39,645 bases of DNA from Bdellovibrionota bacterium (GCA_044345405.1 JBIJBE010000036.1:1-39645), one strand, 5' to 3'. Counted from the first letter of the stretch, positions 9,426-19,175 are shown. Numbers and translations: made by a program. Notes: generated by a model not told the origin, from the sequence alone.

Positions 9426-11327
9426 ATGAAGTTGCAACAAGTCTTAGGGCTTCCTCTTATAGCTCTCTTATGCTCGTGCGCCGCCGTAAAGGTAAAGAGT
9501 GTCGACCCGACGGATACGCTTCGTGAATTCCGACAGGATATTCTCTCCTCTGATACGCTGAGCCCATTCTCCCTGCAGGCCTTGCGCATGGCGGGTATCA
9601 CCCAGCAACAAGCGCTTGAGGATGGCATTGATGAAGCCGACCGAATTCAATTTGAGAAGTTCGCCACACCGATTGAGCGCGCCTACATTGAGAGTGAGCT
9701 CGCGATCGGACGCGCGCAGCTTTTGGAGCGCACACAACCTGAAAAAGCTGTAGGGCTCTATCTCCACGCGGCTGACCTCGCCTCTCAAGGCGTTTTCTTG
9801 AAGGAGTGTAAAGCGCCGGTTGATATTCGTTGCGACAGCTTCAAGGTGTTTTATGATCGCGCGGTGCGGGGAGTGGCCTCCTACCTGACCGAGAAGAAGT
9901 GGAGGCTCGACGCGCCCCTTCAGTTTCCATCCGGGGCGGGAAGGACATTTACGTTAAACGTCAACCGAAAAGGACAGGTTGAGGATCCATCTGAGTACGC
10001 CTCAATCGTTCCAGCATCCTCTATCGGTCTTGAGGGATTAACCAATCGACATCGCCAAAACGGTATCGGTGTAAGCCTAGTGGCGTGTCGTCCTCGTCGT
10101 GATGCCAGCAGAGAGGAGATGTACCTTCCTAAGGTTGGCGTGTGTTTGCCGTTAACAGCTGTCGTTCGGTTCCCAAAACAGAACTGCCAACAGGCTCAGT
10201 GTGAGGCGTGGCTCGATCTCGTGAACTCTGTGACGGGAGAGACCGAGTATAAGTTCAACGGCGCGACCTTGCCGCTAGCGGCCGATTACACCGCGCCCCT
10301 CGCCGCGCTTGTTGAGAAGACGGGTATGGGTGGTTGGGATGGCCTCTTCGACGCTATTCAAGGTAACGAGGAGCTGCTCAAAAATACCGGTTTTTACACG
10401 ACGGAACCGTACAACGCAGGCAAGATCCCACTCATCACAGTGCACGGACTATTCTCCAATCCGATCACCTGGCTCGATGTTCATAACGATCTGATGGGGG
10501 ACCCCATCATTCGAGAGAACTTTCAAATCTGGCACTACCTCTATCCGACCTCGTTGCCGATCGTAGAGAACGCCAAGACCTTTCGTGAAAAACTTGATGA
10601 GCTGCACAACTACTTGGTGGCGACCGCGCCGAAGGGCACTACACCACGTAACATGGTGATTATCTCCCACAGCATGGGTGGTTTGTTGACCCGTACCGCT
10701 GTGGTCAAAGATAGTAACGCTCTGCAGGAGTTCTTCTTCGAGGATCCAAAGCGGGTTCGTGAGTTGGATAAAGAGGTTCAAGCGCAGATCAACGCGTACC
10801 TCAATTTCAGTCGCAAGCCGTATATCGACCGAGTTGTCTTCGTCGCGGTGCCCCACCGAGGTAGTGATATCGCTGATAACTGGATCGGTCGGATAGGAAG
10901 GGCTCTCCTCTCTCTACCGAAGACGATAGTTCAGAAGTCAGTGGCGGTCGCTCGTGGCGCTCGAAACATTATTCGTCCAGACCTCCGCAGCGAGTTTGAT
11001 GGTGGAGATCCCTCAAGTATACGAGGACTCTCCGCGAAGAACCCGACCTTGATAGCGCTCTCTCGATTGGAGATCGACTCTCACGTTCCCTATCACTCCA
11101 TAATTGGGGATAGAGGCTTGGGTGATACCCCGAACAGCTCCGATGGTGTTGTGGCGTACACGAGCTCTCACGTTGACGGAGCTGATTCTGAGCTGATCGT
11201 TCCAGCCGACCACACCGCGCACGCCCATCCAAAAGCGGTCAGTGAGATTAGAAGGATCTTGCGACACCATATGGATCAAGTAGCTACCGGCGGGAGCGAT
11301 TCGAAGGCTAAGACGACCGCGCGGTAA
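9426..11327 (+). CDS. Alpha/beta-hydrolase (esterase/lipase family) lipoprotein
   Basis: AAGGAG RBS before ATG 9426; lipobox LCSC; 'VHGL' oxyanion motif, 'HSMGG' nucleophile elbow, 'PHRGS', 'SDGVV' and 'ADH'. Confidence 0.85.
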   Translation: MKLQQVLGLPLIALLCSCAAVKVKSVDPTDTLREFRQDILSSDTLSPFSLQALRMAGITQQQALEDGIDEADRIQFEKFATPIERAYIESELAIGRAQLLERTQPEKAVGLYLHAADLASQGVFLKECKAPVDIRCDSFKVFYDRAVRGVASYLTEKKWRLDAPLQFPSGAGRTFTLNVNRKGQVEDPSEYASIVPASSIGLEGLTNRHRQNGIGVSLVACRPRRDASREEMYLPKVGVCLPLTAVVRFPKQNCQQAQCEAWLDLVNSVTGETEYKFNGATLPLAADYTAPLAALVEKTGMGGWDGLFDAIQGNEELLKNTGFYTTEPYNAGKIPLITVHGLFSNPITWLDVHNDLMGDPIIRENFQIWHYLYPTSLPIVENAKTFREKLDELHNYLVATAPKGTTPRNMVIISHSMGGLLTRTAVVKDSNALQEFFFEDPKRVRELDKEVQAQINAYLNFSRKPYIDRVVFVAVPHRGSDIADNWIGRIGRALLSLPKTIVQKSVAVARGARNIIRPDLRSEFDGGDPSSIRGLSAKNPTLIALSRLEIDSHVPYHSIIGDRGLGDTPNSSDGVVAYTSSHVDGADSELIVPADHTAHAHPKAVSEIRRILRHHMDQVATGGSDSKAKTTAR

Positions 11328-11337
11328 GGAGCTTGGG

Positions 11338-12351
11338 GTGATGAAGCGCTGGCTCTACAGGCTTGCTTGGTTGACAGTGGTTGTCGCGCTCGGTGGGTGG
11401 AGCGTCCTCGTGTTGCTCTATTCTCCAGCCCTTCCACCGTCGATCAGGACGCCAGTGGCGGGCGTAGTTGGCGCACTCCTCCTCATCTCATTCTTTCGGT
11501 GGCGATATCGCCGCTGGTTGCGAATTACGACACTCGTGATCTTCGCGGCTGTCGGCGGTTTATGGACCTCGTTGTCCCCCTCGAATGACAGAGCGTGGAC
11601 ACAAGATGTCGCGCGGACACCGTGGGGTGAGGTTCATGGCGATGAGGTTATCGTTCACAACGTTCGTAACTTCACCTATCGAACCGACGAGGACTACGAC
11701 GTTCGATACGAGGATCGGACCGTACGACTGAGCGATCTCTCAGAGGTGGATATCCTCGTCACCTATTGGGGAAGCAAGCCGATCGCGCACATCATGGTGA
11801 GCTTCGGTTTTGGGGACGATCAGTTTTTGGCGGTGTCGATCGAGACCCGAAAAGAACTGGGAGAATCCTACTCCGCCGTGAACGGATTTTTTCGTAACTA
11901 CGAGTTGGCGTACGTTGTCGCTGATGAGCGTGATGTAGTCGCGCTTCGAACTAACTACCGAAATCCTGAAGAACAGGTCTATGCGCTCCGCACTCAAATA
12001 GCTCTTGAGAATGGACGAAAGCTCTTTCTCGACTACATCCACAGCATGAATAAGCTTCGGCAACATCCTCGATTCTACAATACCCTCACCACGAACTGCA
12101 CGACGCAGGTGTTGCGCCACGTGTGGGCGTTTGGAAGTGACGCTCGTTATAACTGGCAGATATTGTTGAGCGGCTATGTGCCTGAGTATCTCTATGAGAA
12201 CGACACCTTGATGCCAGGCATGAGCCTCGACGAGGTCATGCGACGGTCGCTGGTAAACGAGAAGGCTCACGCGGTGCCGCTCGATGAGAATTTCTCGAAG
12301 GCTATTCGCGAAAGTGTGCCTCGACCGCCAGCTCGGGGAAGGGTAGGTTAG
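11338..12351 (+). CDS. DUF4105 (Lnb N-terminal-like) membrane-anchored protein
   Basis: Three N-terminal TM segments, then 'NVRNF', 'AHIMVSFGF', 'SIETRKE', 'ADERD' and 'YNTLTTNCTT' (His and Cys conserved). Confidence 0.85.
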   Translation: MMKRWLYRLAWLTVVVALGGWSVLVLLYSPALPPSIRTPVAGVVGALLLISFFRWRYRRWLRITTLVIFAAVGGLWTSLSPSNDRAWTQDVARTPWGEVHGDEVIVHNVRNFTYRTDEDYDVRYEDRTVRLSDLSEVDILVTYWGSKPIAHIMVSFGFGDDQFLAVSIETRKELGESYSAVNGFFRNYELAYVVADERDVVALRTNYRNPEEQVYALRTQIALENGRKLFLDYIHSMNKLRQHPRFYNTLTTNCTTQVLRHVWAFGSDARYNWQILLSGYVPEYLYENDTLMPGMSLDEVMRRSLVNEKAHAVPLDENFSKAIRESVPRPPARGRVG

Positions 12352-12356
12352 GTGAG

Positions 12357-13778
12357 ATGAGCTATACCCTCCTCTTCTCGCTCCTCCTCGCGGCCTCTCA
12401 CGCCATAGGCATCGGCACGGCGCTCCATGCTCTTTACTATTCAAGGAGCTCTCAGGGCGCGATAGCGTGGGTTCTCTTCCTCATGGTGGTTCCCGTTCTC
12501 GGAGTTCCCGCCTACTTCGTGCTTGGGCGTACTCGATTCGCCGGGTATCGGGAACGGATAAAAGCGATGATGGATGCGCATCGCACCGTATTCGCTGAGT
12601 ACCGAGCCCGACTGGCGAAGCATCGTCTTATAGGTCGAAGCGAACAGCGGCTAGATCCTCTCGAGCGTATCGGTGGCAACGAGATCCTGTCCGGTAATCG
12701 GCTCGACCTTTTGATCGACGGCGAAGCGACCTTCACCGCGCTCTTCGACGCTCTTGAAAGGGCGCGCCATTATATCCTTGTTGAGTTTTTTATCATCAAA
12801 GACGACAAGTTGGGCCGAGCTCTTCAAGAGCGACTCATCCGTAAATCAAAGGAGGGTGTCTCCGTTTTTGTTCTCTTCGATGAGATCGGGAGTAATAAGC
12901 TTCCCTCCTCGTACGTACAGGAATTGGAGCGCGCCGGCGTGCTTGTTAACCGCTTCCATACTCGCCAAGGCCTGACCAATTTCTTCCAGGTGAATTTTCG
13001 GAATCATCGGAAGATCGTGGTCGTAGATGGATTGGTCGCGTTCGTTGGCGGCCACAATGTCGGTGATGAGTATCTCGGAAAAGGAAAGAAGTTCTCCTCG
13101 TGGCGGGATACACATATCAAGATTGAGGGCCCCGCGGTGCTTCCTCTGCAAGGCACGTTCTGCGCCGATTGGGCGTGGGCGACGGGCGCTCTCCCCTCTA
13201 TTTCGTTCCCCGATATAGCTCCCGTCGGAGCGAGTGATGTGCTCGTGGTTCCCTCCGGTCCAGCCGATCCAAATGAGCGATGCACCTTGCTTTTCTTAGA
13301 GGCAATCACGAGAGCAAAAGAGCGTGTGTGGATCGCGAGTCCCTACTTCGTTCCGGATGAATCGATTCTACGGGCGCTTCAGTTGGCCGCGATGAGGGGC
13401 GTGGATGTTCGGGTGTTGCTCCCAGAGAAAGCGGATCATCTCATGGTGTGGCTCGCCTCATTCTCGTACGTTCCGGAGGTTACTGGGGTGGGTGTTAAGG
13501 TGTTCCGTTACACAGAGGGATTCCTGCATCAAAAGGTATTCCTTGTTGATGACAACCTGAGCTCGGTCGGTACAGCGAATCTTGATAATCGTTCGCTTCG
13601 TCTTAATTTCGAGGTAACCGCGCTCGTATACGATAGGTCGTTCTGCGATCGCGTCGCCGAGATGCTCACCGCCGATTTCGCGAAGAGTAGGGATGTAAGT
13701 GCTAAGACGTTCGGAGAGCTTTCGCTCGTGATGAAGTTAGGTTCGAAGGCAGCACGACTCTTCTCTCCCGTGTTGTAA
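12357..13778 (+). CDS. cls: Cardiolipin synthase (ClsA-type, phospholipase D superfamily)
   Basis: Two HKD motifs (NHRKIVVVDG and LHQKVFLVDD), N-terminal TM hairpin, 'SPYFVPD' and 'NLDNRSLRLNFE'. Confidence 0.93.
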   Translation: MSYTLLFSLLLAASHAIGIGTALHALYYSRSSQGAIAWVLFLMVVPVLGVPAYFVLGRTRFAGYRERIKAMMDAHRTVFAEYRARLAKHRLIGRSEQRLDPLERIGGNEILSGNRLDLLIDGEATFTALFDALERARHYILVEFFIIKDDKLGRALQERLIRKSKEGVSVFVLFDEIGSNKLPSSYVQELERAGVLVNRFHTRQGLTNFFQVNFRNHRKIVVVDGLVAFVGGHNVGDEYLGKGKKFSSWRDTHIKIEGPAVLPLQGTFCADWAWATGALPSISFPDIAPVGASDVLVVPSGPADPNERCTLLFLEAITRAKERVWIASPYFVPDESILRALQLAAMRGVDVRVLLPEKADHLMVWLASFSYVPEVTGVGVKVFRYTEGFLHQKVFLVDDNLSSVGTANLDNRSLRLNFEVTALVYDRSFCDRVAEMLTADFAKSRDVSAKTFGELSLVMKLGSKAARLFSPVL

Positions 13779-13781
13779 ACC

Positions 13782-14867
13782 TTACTTCGGTCTATCTCTC
13801 AGTTTGATGTACAGGTCCGAGACGGTAGCGCCGGGCGTGAGATTCCGCAGTCCGTACGTTGAGCCCGCCGGGCTCGATTCGGTGTACTGGTAGATGTACA
13901 CGCGAACTATCCCGGGCATGTTCTTCTTGAGGAATGAGAAGATTCGCTCCGCGTAATCAAGTTGCTTGTTGACTCCCTGTGCTCCTGTTTCGGTAACCCA
14001 TATCGGCTTCTGAATGCTATTTACGAAATCCGCGACGCCACCAGGAAGAATAACCCGCTCAACGCTCTTGCCGTAAAAATGGATCGCGTAGACATCTGTA
14101 AAGCTGAGAACGCCGGCGTCGACCATCGCCTTATTGTAGTCAAGGGTCGCTGGAAAGTTCTGCGCAATCGCTGTCGTGGCGCCGTTCACTACCCGCTTAC
14201 GAGGTGAGATGCTCTTAACCGCGGCGTGCGCGAGAGCGAGAAGTTCCACATAGTTCGCCGGCTTCGTCAGGACGTCGAGGGTCTCGTTTTCTGAGAAGCT
14301 CGGGTTGTTCGGTTCATTCCAGATCTGGTAGGCGCCGACACGCGCGCGGGCTTTGTAACGGGTTACCACCTTCTTTACCCACAGCTCAACGAATGTGGAA
14401 CGTGGACTGCCTCCAACCCAATTGCGTGAGTCCTGCACCCAGGATGGAGCCCCGGTCAGAATTACCAAAGCCTCAGTGCCGGCTGGAAGGGATGAGATGA
14501 TCCGGTCATACAGCCCAAAGTTCGGCGTCGCCGATGGGGATGGTTGCACCTGGTCGTTCCATGCGACGAGGACCCGGACCTTTTTAATGCCGAGATTACG
14601 GGTTACATCGCGCAACTGCGAGCGGATCGAACCGAAGCGTGAGTCGTTGAGGAATGAGTTGAGTCCAAGGAGGGAGTAGGGGATCGGCTTGCGAGGGGTG
14701 ATGAAGTCCTCAAAGAACGATTTGCTCGAAACCTCGGGGGGAGGAGGCTCCGCTGTAACGGCGATCGGGGAAGCGGCACCAGAGGCGACAATGAGTGTGG
14801 CAACACAGGCGGCAAGCCAGCGTCTGACATAGCGTGTGAAAGGTGGTTTGTCGCGCACTGTACCCAT
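13782..14867 (-). CDS. Secreted clan GH-A glycoside hydrolase (GH5/GH39-like TIM barrel)
   Basis: Acid/base motif 'IWNEPN', nucleophile motif 'WVTETG' and 'AIHFY'; signal-like segment 'VRRWLAACVATLIV...'; start moved to ATG 14867. Confidence 0.75.
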   Translation of the reverse strand: MGTVRDKPPFTRYVRRWLAACVATLIVASGAASPIAVTAEPPPPEVSSKSFFEDFITPRKPIPYSLLGLNSFLNDSRFGSIRSQLRDVTRNLGIKKVRVLVAWNDQVQPSPSATPNFGLYDRIISSLPAGTEALVILTGAPSWVQDSRNWVGGSPRSTFVELWVKKVVTRYKARARVGAYQIWNEPNNPSFSENETLDVLTKPANYVELLALAHAAVKSISPRKRVVNGATTAIAQNFPATLDYNKAMVDAGVLSFTDVYAIHFYGKSVERVILPGGVADFVNSIQKPIWVTETGAQGVNKQLDYAERIFSFLKKNMPGIVRVYIYQYTESSPAGSTYGLRNLTPGATVSDLYIKLRDRPK

Positions 14868-15036
14868 AGTTGTAAGTATACGTCGCTCTCTCTCTTTAGA
14901 CGCATGGTAAAGATAGGGGGAGCGCCTTATTTCATGGTGTCTGGGAAAAGAGGTTCTCTTGTAAACATAGATGTTGTGGCTATTGGGAAGGGGCTTTACC
15001 ATAATTGTGTTCGATAATTATGGTTTTAGGTGCGCC

Positions 15037-16326
15037 ATGGGACGGTTTTCTCTCTACTTATTCCTCGTCATGGGGGTGCTTGGCCGAACTCATCCCTCCC
15101 TCGCGGAGGGGCTCGTCGAGTATGTTCATTCCAAAGGCGCTCCGACGGAGATCTCCGTTACTGAACAGAGCGCGCTCGGTCCCACCCGAGTCTCCTTTCA
15201 AAGTCAGGTATGGAGGGATATTCCGTGGCGACACGAGCTCCTCATTAAGCACCCACACAAAACGCGACGACCCGATCTGGTGATTGTTCTTCTGACCGGT
15301 GGAGGTGGTGGCGATGCCCAACAATCGAGCGCGCAGAAGCTAGCGGACGCGCTTGGAATTCGAGCGGCTGTTCTGACGAAGGTTCCGAATCAGCCCCTCC
15401 TCGATGGAAAAAAAGAGGACGACCTTCTCTCCTACACCCTCGATCAGTATCGGCGCACAGGAGACGCCACATGGCCCCTTCTCTTCCCCATGGTCACGAG
15501 CGTTGTGAAAGGGATCGACACCTTGCAGACGACCCTTGGACAACCTCATCTCAAGGTGATCGTTGTTGGCGCCTCTAAGCGGGGCTGGACTACCTATCTC
15601 ACAGGCGCGGTTGATACACGTGTGGTGGGAATCGTGCCGGCGGTCTACGAGATGATCTCAATTCCTCGTCAAATCGCGCTCGCTCGGCAGCGGTACGGTC
15701 GTGACTCGGAGAAGATTCGTCCTTATACCGCGCTCGGACTCACGGATAGCCTCCTGGATCCTCGAGTCGCGACGATGATCTCATGGATTGATCCAGCCGC
15801 GTACTTCTCTCAGATCACGATGCCGAAGTTGGTGTTGCTGGGAGCGAATGATCCGTACTGGGTCGTCGACTCTGTCAGGGAGTATTGGGATACGCTACCA
15901 GAGCCCAAGATGCTCAGAATCCTTCCCAACGTTGGACATGGGGTGCTCAGTGAAGGAGCCGCGTCGGACGCCATCGTTTCTTTTGTGCGGCTGATTATGG
16001 ACAGACACCCGTTACCGACTGCTCGATGGAGATTCTCAGGGGTAGCGAACGGCGTGGCTATAGTATCTGGCGATAGTGATGAGCGCTTGACCCGATGCAC
16101 GGTGTGGCGCGCGCTCTCGGCAGATACAGATTTCCGAGATGCCGAGTTTCGTTCGAGTTCTTGTGATGTGACGAAGGATGGAAGGGAGTTTAGGTCTGTG
16201 GTGGCGGTGCCGTCGAATGAGAACACCGCTCTCTTTGTGGACCTTGAGACCGTGGGAGGAGGTGGACAGAACCTCCTCCTCTCCACGGAATCACAGGTGT
16301 ATCTTCGAGCCCTCTCGAAGAATTAG
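15037..16326 (+). CDS. PhoPQ-activated pathogenicity-related (PqaA) family alpha/beta hydrolase
   Basis: Hallmark motifs 'SQVWR..WRH', 'VPNQP', 'EDDL', 'PMV', 'GASKRGWTT', 'NDPYW' and 'PNVGH'; signal peptide from ATG 15037. Confidence 0.85.
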   Translation: MGRFSLYLFLVMGVLGRTHPSLAEGLVEYVHSKGAPTEISVTEQSALGPTRVSFQSQVWRDIPWRHELLIKHPHKTRRPDLVIVLLTGGGGGDAQQSSAQKLADALGIRAAVLTKVPNQPLLDGKKEDDLLSYTLDQYRRTGDATWPLLFPMVTSVVKGIDTLQTTLGQPHLKVIVVGASKRGWTTYLTGAVDTRVVGIVPAVYEMISIPRQIALARQRYGRDSEKIRPYTALGLTDSLLDPRVATMISWIDPAAYFSQITMPKLVLLGANDPYWVVDSVREYWDTLPEPKMLRILPNVGHGVLSEGAASDAIVSFVRLIMDRHPLPTARWRFSGVANGVAIVSGDSDERLTRCTVWRALSADTDFRDAEFRSSSCDVTKDGREFRSVVAVPSNENTALFVDLETVGGGGQNLLLSTESQVYLRALSKN

Positions 16327-16766
16327 TAGGTCGGATGGCTCTTCGAGCTCCAGCCGATGACCTCGTATCCCTGCTTCTGTAAGCAGTGTTCTACGAAACG
16401 CTGATATGAGGGAGAACGGTCGTTCATGCTGCTTGCCGCATGAAGTACGCCAAGAATTCCGCCGACCGCCGCGCCAGCTCCTGTAGCTCGACCCGCGTTG
16501 TTGCCCGTAATAACGCCCGCAAGCGCTCCTGTTCCAGCGCCTACCGCGCCACCAACGAGTCCCTCTTTCGCCATCTCTCCATACTTGTTCGGCTGCTTGA
16601 TGTACTCATCAGCGAGCGCGAGGCAGTGATTAACATCGGCGTTTACCTGACCACGAGCTGTCTTATTCAGCTTGTCGTTAGGAAAGAGGTCCGGGGTTTG
16701 TGGTGTCGTCATCGACGCGCAACCGATTGCACTGATCAAGGTAAGGGCTACAAGTACTTTTCGCAT
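16323..16766 (-). CDS. Glycine-zipper lipoprotein
   Basis: Lipobox AIGC; GxxxG repeats 'GGAVGAGTGALAG...GAGAAVGGILG'; C-terminal 'CLQKQGY'. Confidence 0.85.
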   Translation of the reverse strand: MRKVLVALTLISAIGCASMTTPQTPDLFPNDKLNKTARGQVNADVNHCLALADEYIKQPNKYGEMAKEGLVGGAVGAGTGALAGVITGNNAGRATGAGAAVGGILGVLHAASSMNDRSPSYQRFVEHCLQKQGYEVIGWSSKSHPTY

Positions 16767-16913
16767 ACATCCTCTACACGGGTTAGATTCGATATCCAGA
16801 TTCCCTCGAACACCATGTCAAACGTAGCCTGTTAGGTGTTTCACTAATAAGGCTGGGTTCGGTATGGCGTGACAGACAAATTTTTAGCCTAACTTTTCGT
16901 AGGCCACAACAAT

Positions 16914-17282
16914 TTACACCTCGCCGAGGTAGGCAACGCATCTTCGCTTGATTGCGGCGATTTTGGCATCGATTCGATCATTGTAATTGCCTGAGGCGAC
17001 ATCAATTCGATCCTGTTCGTCTCCCATCACAACCCCAGCGGCCGCGGAGAAGGGATTGACGGCTCGTACGCCTGAGAGAACCTGTTTAGCGACCGATGCC
17101 TTCGCGTTCTCAAGGGTGGCAATATCTACTTTGGCGGTCTCACAGATGATTGGAGACCTGAGTTGCTCCTCCACCGCTGGATCGATCGTTGGCCTCGGTG
17201 AGTGGTTCGTTCGGTTGCAGCCTACGGTGAAGGTGGTTGCGACAATCGCAGGGATAGCGATTCGGACAATAAGGCGTTTCAT
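16914..17282 (-). CDS. Hypothetical lipoprotein
   Basis: AGGAG RBS; lipobox TVGC; two further Cys (PIIC, RRC) could form a disulfide. Confidence 0.7.
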   Translation of the reverse strand: MKRLIVRIAIPAIVATTFTVGCNRTNHSPRPTIDPAVEEQLRSPIICETAKVDIATLENAKASVAKQVLSGVRAVNPFSAAAGVVMGDEQDRIDVASGNYNDRIDAKIAAIKRRCVAYLGEV

Positions 17283-17382
17283 GAGCACTCCTGATTAAAA
17301 ACACGTAAGCAATGGAACAGATAGCCTGGGAGCTAAGAAAGCTCAAGTAAAACTAGAGGGCATGCTGCAGCGATATTCGCTT

Positions 17383-17880
17383 CTATCGCGACTCGGCGAG
17401 GAGGTTTGTCAGATCGAGTGGCTCCGTGACCATATTCAGTTCGCCGTTTGCGGTACGAGGCCATCGCTCCTGCGGTTTGTCCCAGTAGAGCTCAACGCCG
17501 TTTCCATCGGGATCGGTGAGGTAGAGCGCCTCGCTGACCCCATGGTCCGCGGCTCCCTCAAGTGGGATTCCGGCGCGGGTGAGTCGTTGGAGGGCGTCGG
17601 CCAAATCCCCTCGAGTCGGGTAGAGGATTGCGACGTGGTAGAGGCCTGTACAGGAAGGGGGAGGAGGGCGGCCGTCTTTGCTCTCCCAGGTGTTGAGTCC
17701 GATATGGTGGTGATAGCCGCCGGCGGAAAGGAATACCGCGTTCTTTCCATATCGCTGGGTTATCTCAAAACCGAGAATGCCCTGATAGAAAGCCAAAGAG
17801 CGCTCGAGGTCAGCCACCTTAAGGTGGACGTGTCCGATGCGGGTGCCGGAAGCGATGGAAGGGTTCGGATTTGTTGACAT
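17383..17880 (-). CDS. VOC family protein (glyoxalase/CatE-like)
   Basis: 'IGHVHLKVADLERS', 'GGYHHHIGLNTW', 'GLYHVAILYP' and 'DHGVSEALYLTDPDGNGVELY'. Confidence 0.9.
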   Translation of the reverse strand: MSTNPNPSIASGTRIGHVHLKVADLERSLAFYQGILGFEITQRYGKNAVFLSAGGYHHHIGLNTWESKDGRPPPPSCTGLYHVAILYPTRGDLADALQRLTRAGIPLEGAADHGVSEALYLTDPDGNGVELYWDKPQERWPRTANGELNMVTEPLDLTNLLAESR

Positions 17881-17887
17881 AATCTCT

Positions 17888-17916
17888 AATTTAGCTTCCC
17901 CTGAATCGGCGGACAA
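17888..17916 (-). promoter_or_regulatory. Sigma70-type promoter giving a leaderless transcript of the VOC gene
   Basis: Minus strand TTGTCC-N17-TAAATT-N7-ATG(17880). Confidence 0.5.
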
Positions 17917-18078
17917 TGATCGTCAAACTTTCGTTTTAGGTCACGGGGTTATTTTTCTCTCCAGCGCTGAAAGATTTCGCGGTTGGTCTGTGGCTTCTTT
18001 TCTCAACCCAGTCGCAACCTTTAACCCCCCGACATCATCAAGATTATTGCACACCCAACTACACCGGGGGGATCGACT

Positions 18079-18306
18079 ATGATTGATGAATGGAACGTCG
18101 CGGAGGCCCTCTTTGAGTTGCGCCAAAGGTACGTCGAACGTTTTGGACCGGTACATCCGATCGTGGCGGAGCTGGACCCAGAGCTTCTCTACGTCGTGTT
18201 AGAGATGGCGTTGGAGGATGGTTTAGAGATCGATGTCGCCTCGATTGAGGACGCGCTGCGTGAGGTTGACGACCGAGTGGCTCTCTTCAAGGAGCTCTGT
18301 CAGTAA
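18079..18306 (+). CDS. Small acidic hypothetical protein
   Basis: 75 aa, 19 D/E versus 6 K/R; GGGGGGA RBS; stop overlaps the next start (TAATG). Confidence 0.7.
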   Translation: MIDEWNVAEALFELRQRYVERFGPVHPIVAELDPELLYVVLEMALEDGLEIDVASIEDALREVDDRVALFKELCQ

Positions 18307-19175
18307 TGACGCGCCAGGAAACAATACCACTCAAGCAAGCTCCAGGCGCTCAAGAATCAAGTATCGCCGTATCGCTTCCTAACGCTGGTCGTAGTTACAA
18401 AAATATAAAAGAAGCGCTCAGGGAGCTCCCCGAGATCTCCTCTAGTATTGAGAGCAAAACCGGTTGGAAGGTCGATCTCTCACAGGTTGCTTTCGAAGTT
18501 GTGACCGCCAAAGAGTTACAACGACGGTGTCTTGAGGATGTGACTCGCCGGACGGGCATTCCCACCGCGATCCCCGAATCCTTCGTGGGCCGTTCCATTA
18601 CCAACACGCTCTTGAGCGCCTACCACCGAAGCGTTGTGGCGCTGTACCTGCCATCCGAGAAAGCGATCGTCATCAATGAAGAGCGGTTGCGAGGGATGTC
18701 TCAGGACGCGGTAAAGAGCACCCTTCACCATGAGCTTACGCACGTCGCGCAGCATCAACGGTATCCGAAATTTATGGCGAGTGTGGATCGACTCGCCAAG
18801 GAGCAACGCCTCCTGAGCAAGCACGGCGGCGATGTGCCGATCGAGGAGCGCGAACGGCAGCTTGCGGTCAAAACAGAAAAGGTCCAGGCGCGAATGACCC
18901 TTATTGAGGGGCAGGCGATGGCGCTTCAAAAGATGTATGAGCGTGAGGCGGGACTTCATCCAGAGATAAAGATGGGACCCGTTGAGGTAGCGCTTGGATT
19001 GACCTCTATGCTGATCCCTGGTGGCATGCGGAAGATAAGCCAGTACATCCAAGGTCAGGAGACCTTCGAGAGAATTCTCGCCCTCGGGCTACGAGAAGTT
19101 GACTATCTTTTTAAAGATCCCCGCTCTGCTGATTTAGTATTCGGGAGCCGGGCGCGAACGCGAGACGCCGCGTAG
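18306..19175 (+). CDS. Zincin-type metallopeptidase (Zincin_2/DUF2342-like)
   Basis: HExxH in 'HHELTHVAQ', third-ligand motif 'MTLIEGQA' and 'KISQYIQG'; no signal peptide. Confidence 0.75.
   Translation: MTRQETIPLKQAPGAQESSIAVSLPNAGRSYKNIKEALRELPEISSSIESKTGWKVDLSQVAFEVVTAKELQRRCLEDVTRRTGIPTAIPESFVGRSITNTLLSAYHRSVVALYLPSEKAIVINEERLRGMSQDAVKSTLHHELTHVAQHQRYPKFMASVDRLAKEQRLLSKHGGDVPIEERERQLAVKTEKVQARMTLIEGQAMALQKMYEREAGLHPEIKMGPVEVALGLTSMLIPGGMRKISQYIQGQETFERILALGLREVDYLFKDPRSADLVFGSRARTRDAA

Noticed and set aside
11740-12444. Long antisense ORFs (this 234-aa one, also 35027-35752, 35220-35795, 38128-38700 and 17362-17877 opposite the VOC gene)
   Set aside because: Shadow frames opposite well-supported genes in GC-rich DNA, with no motifs of their own.
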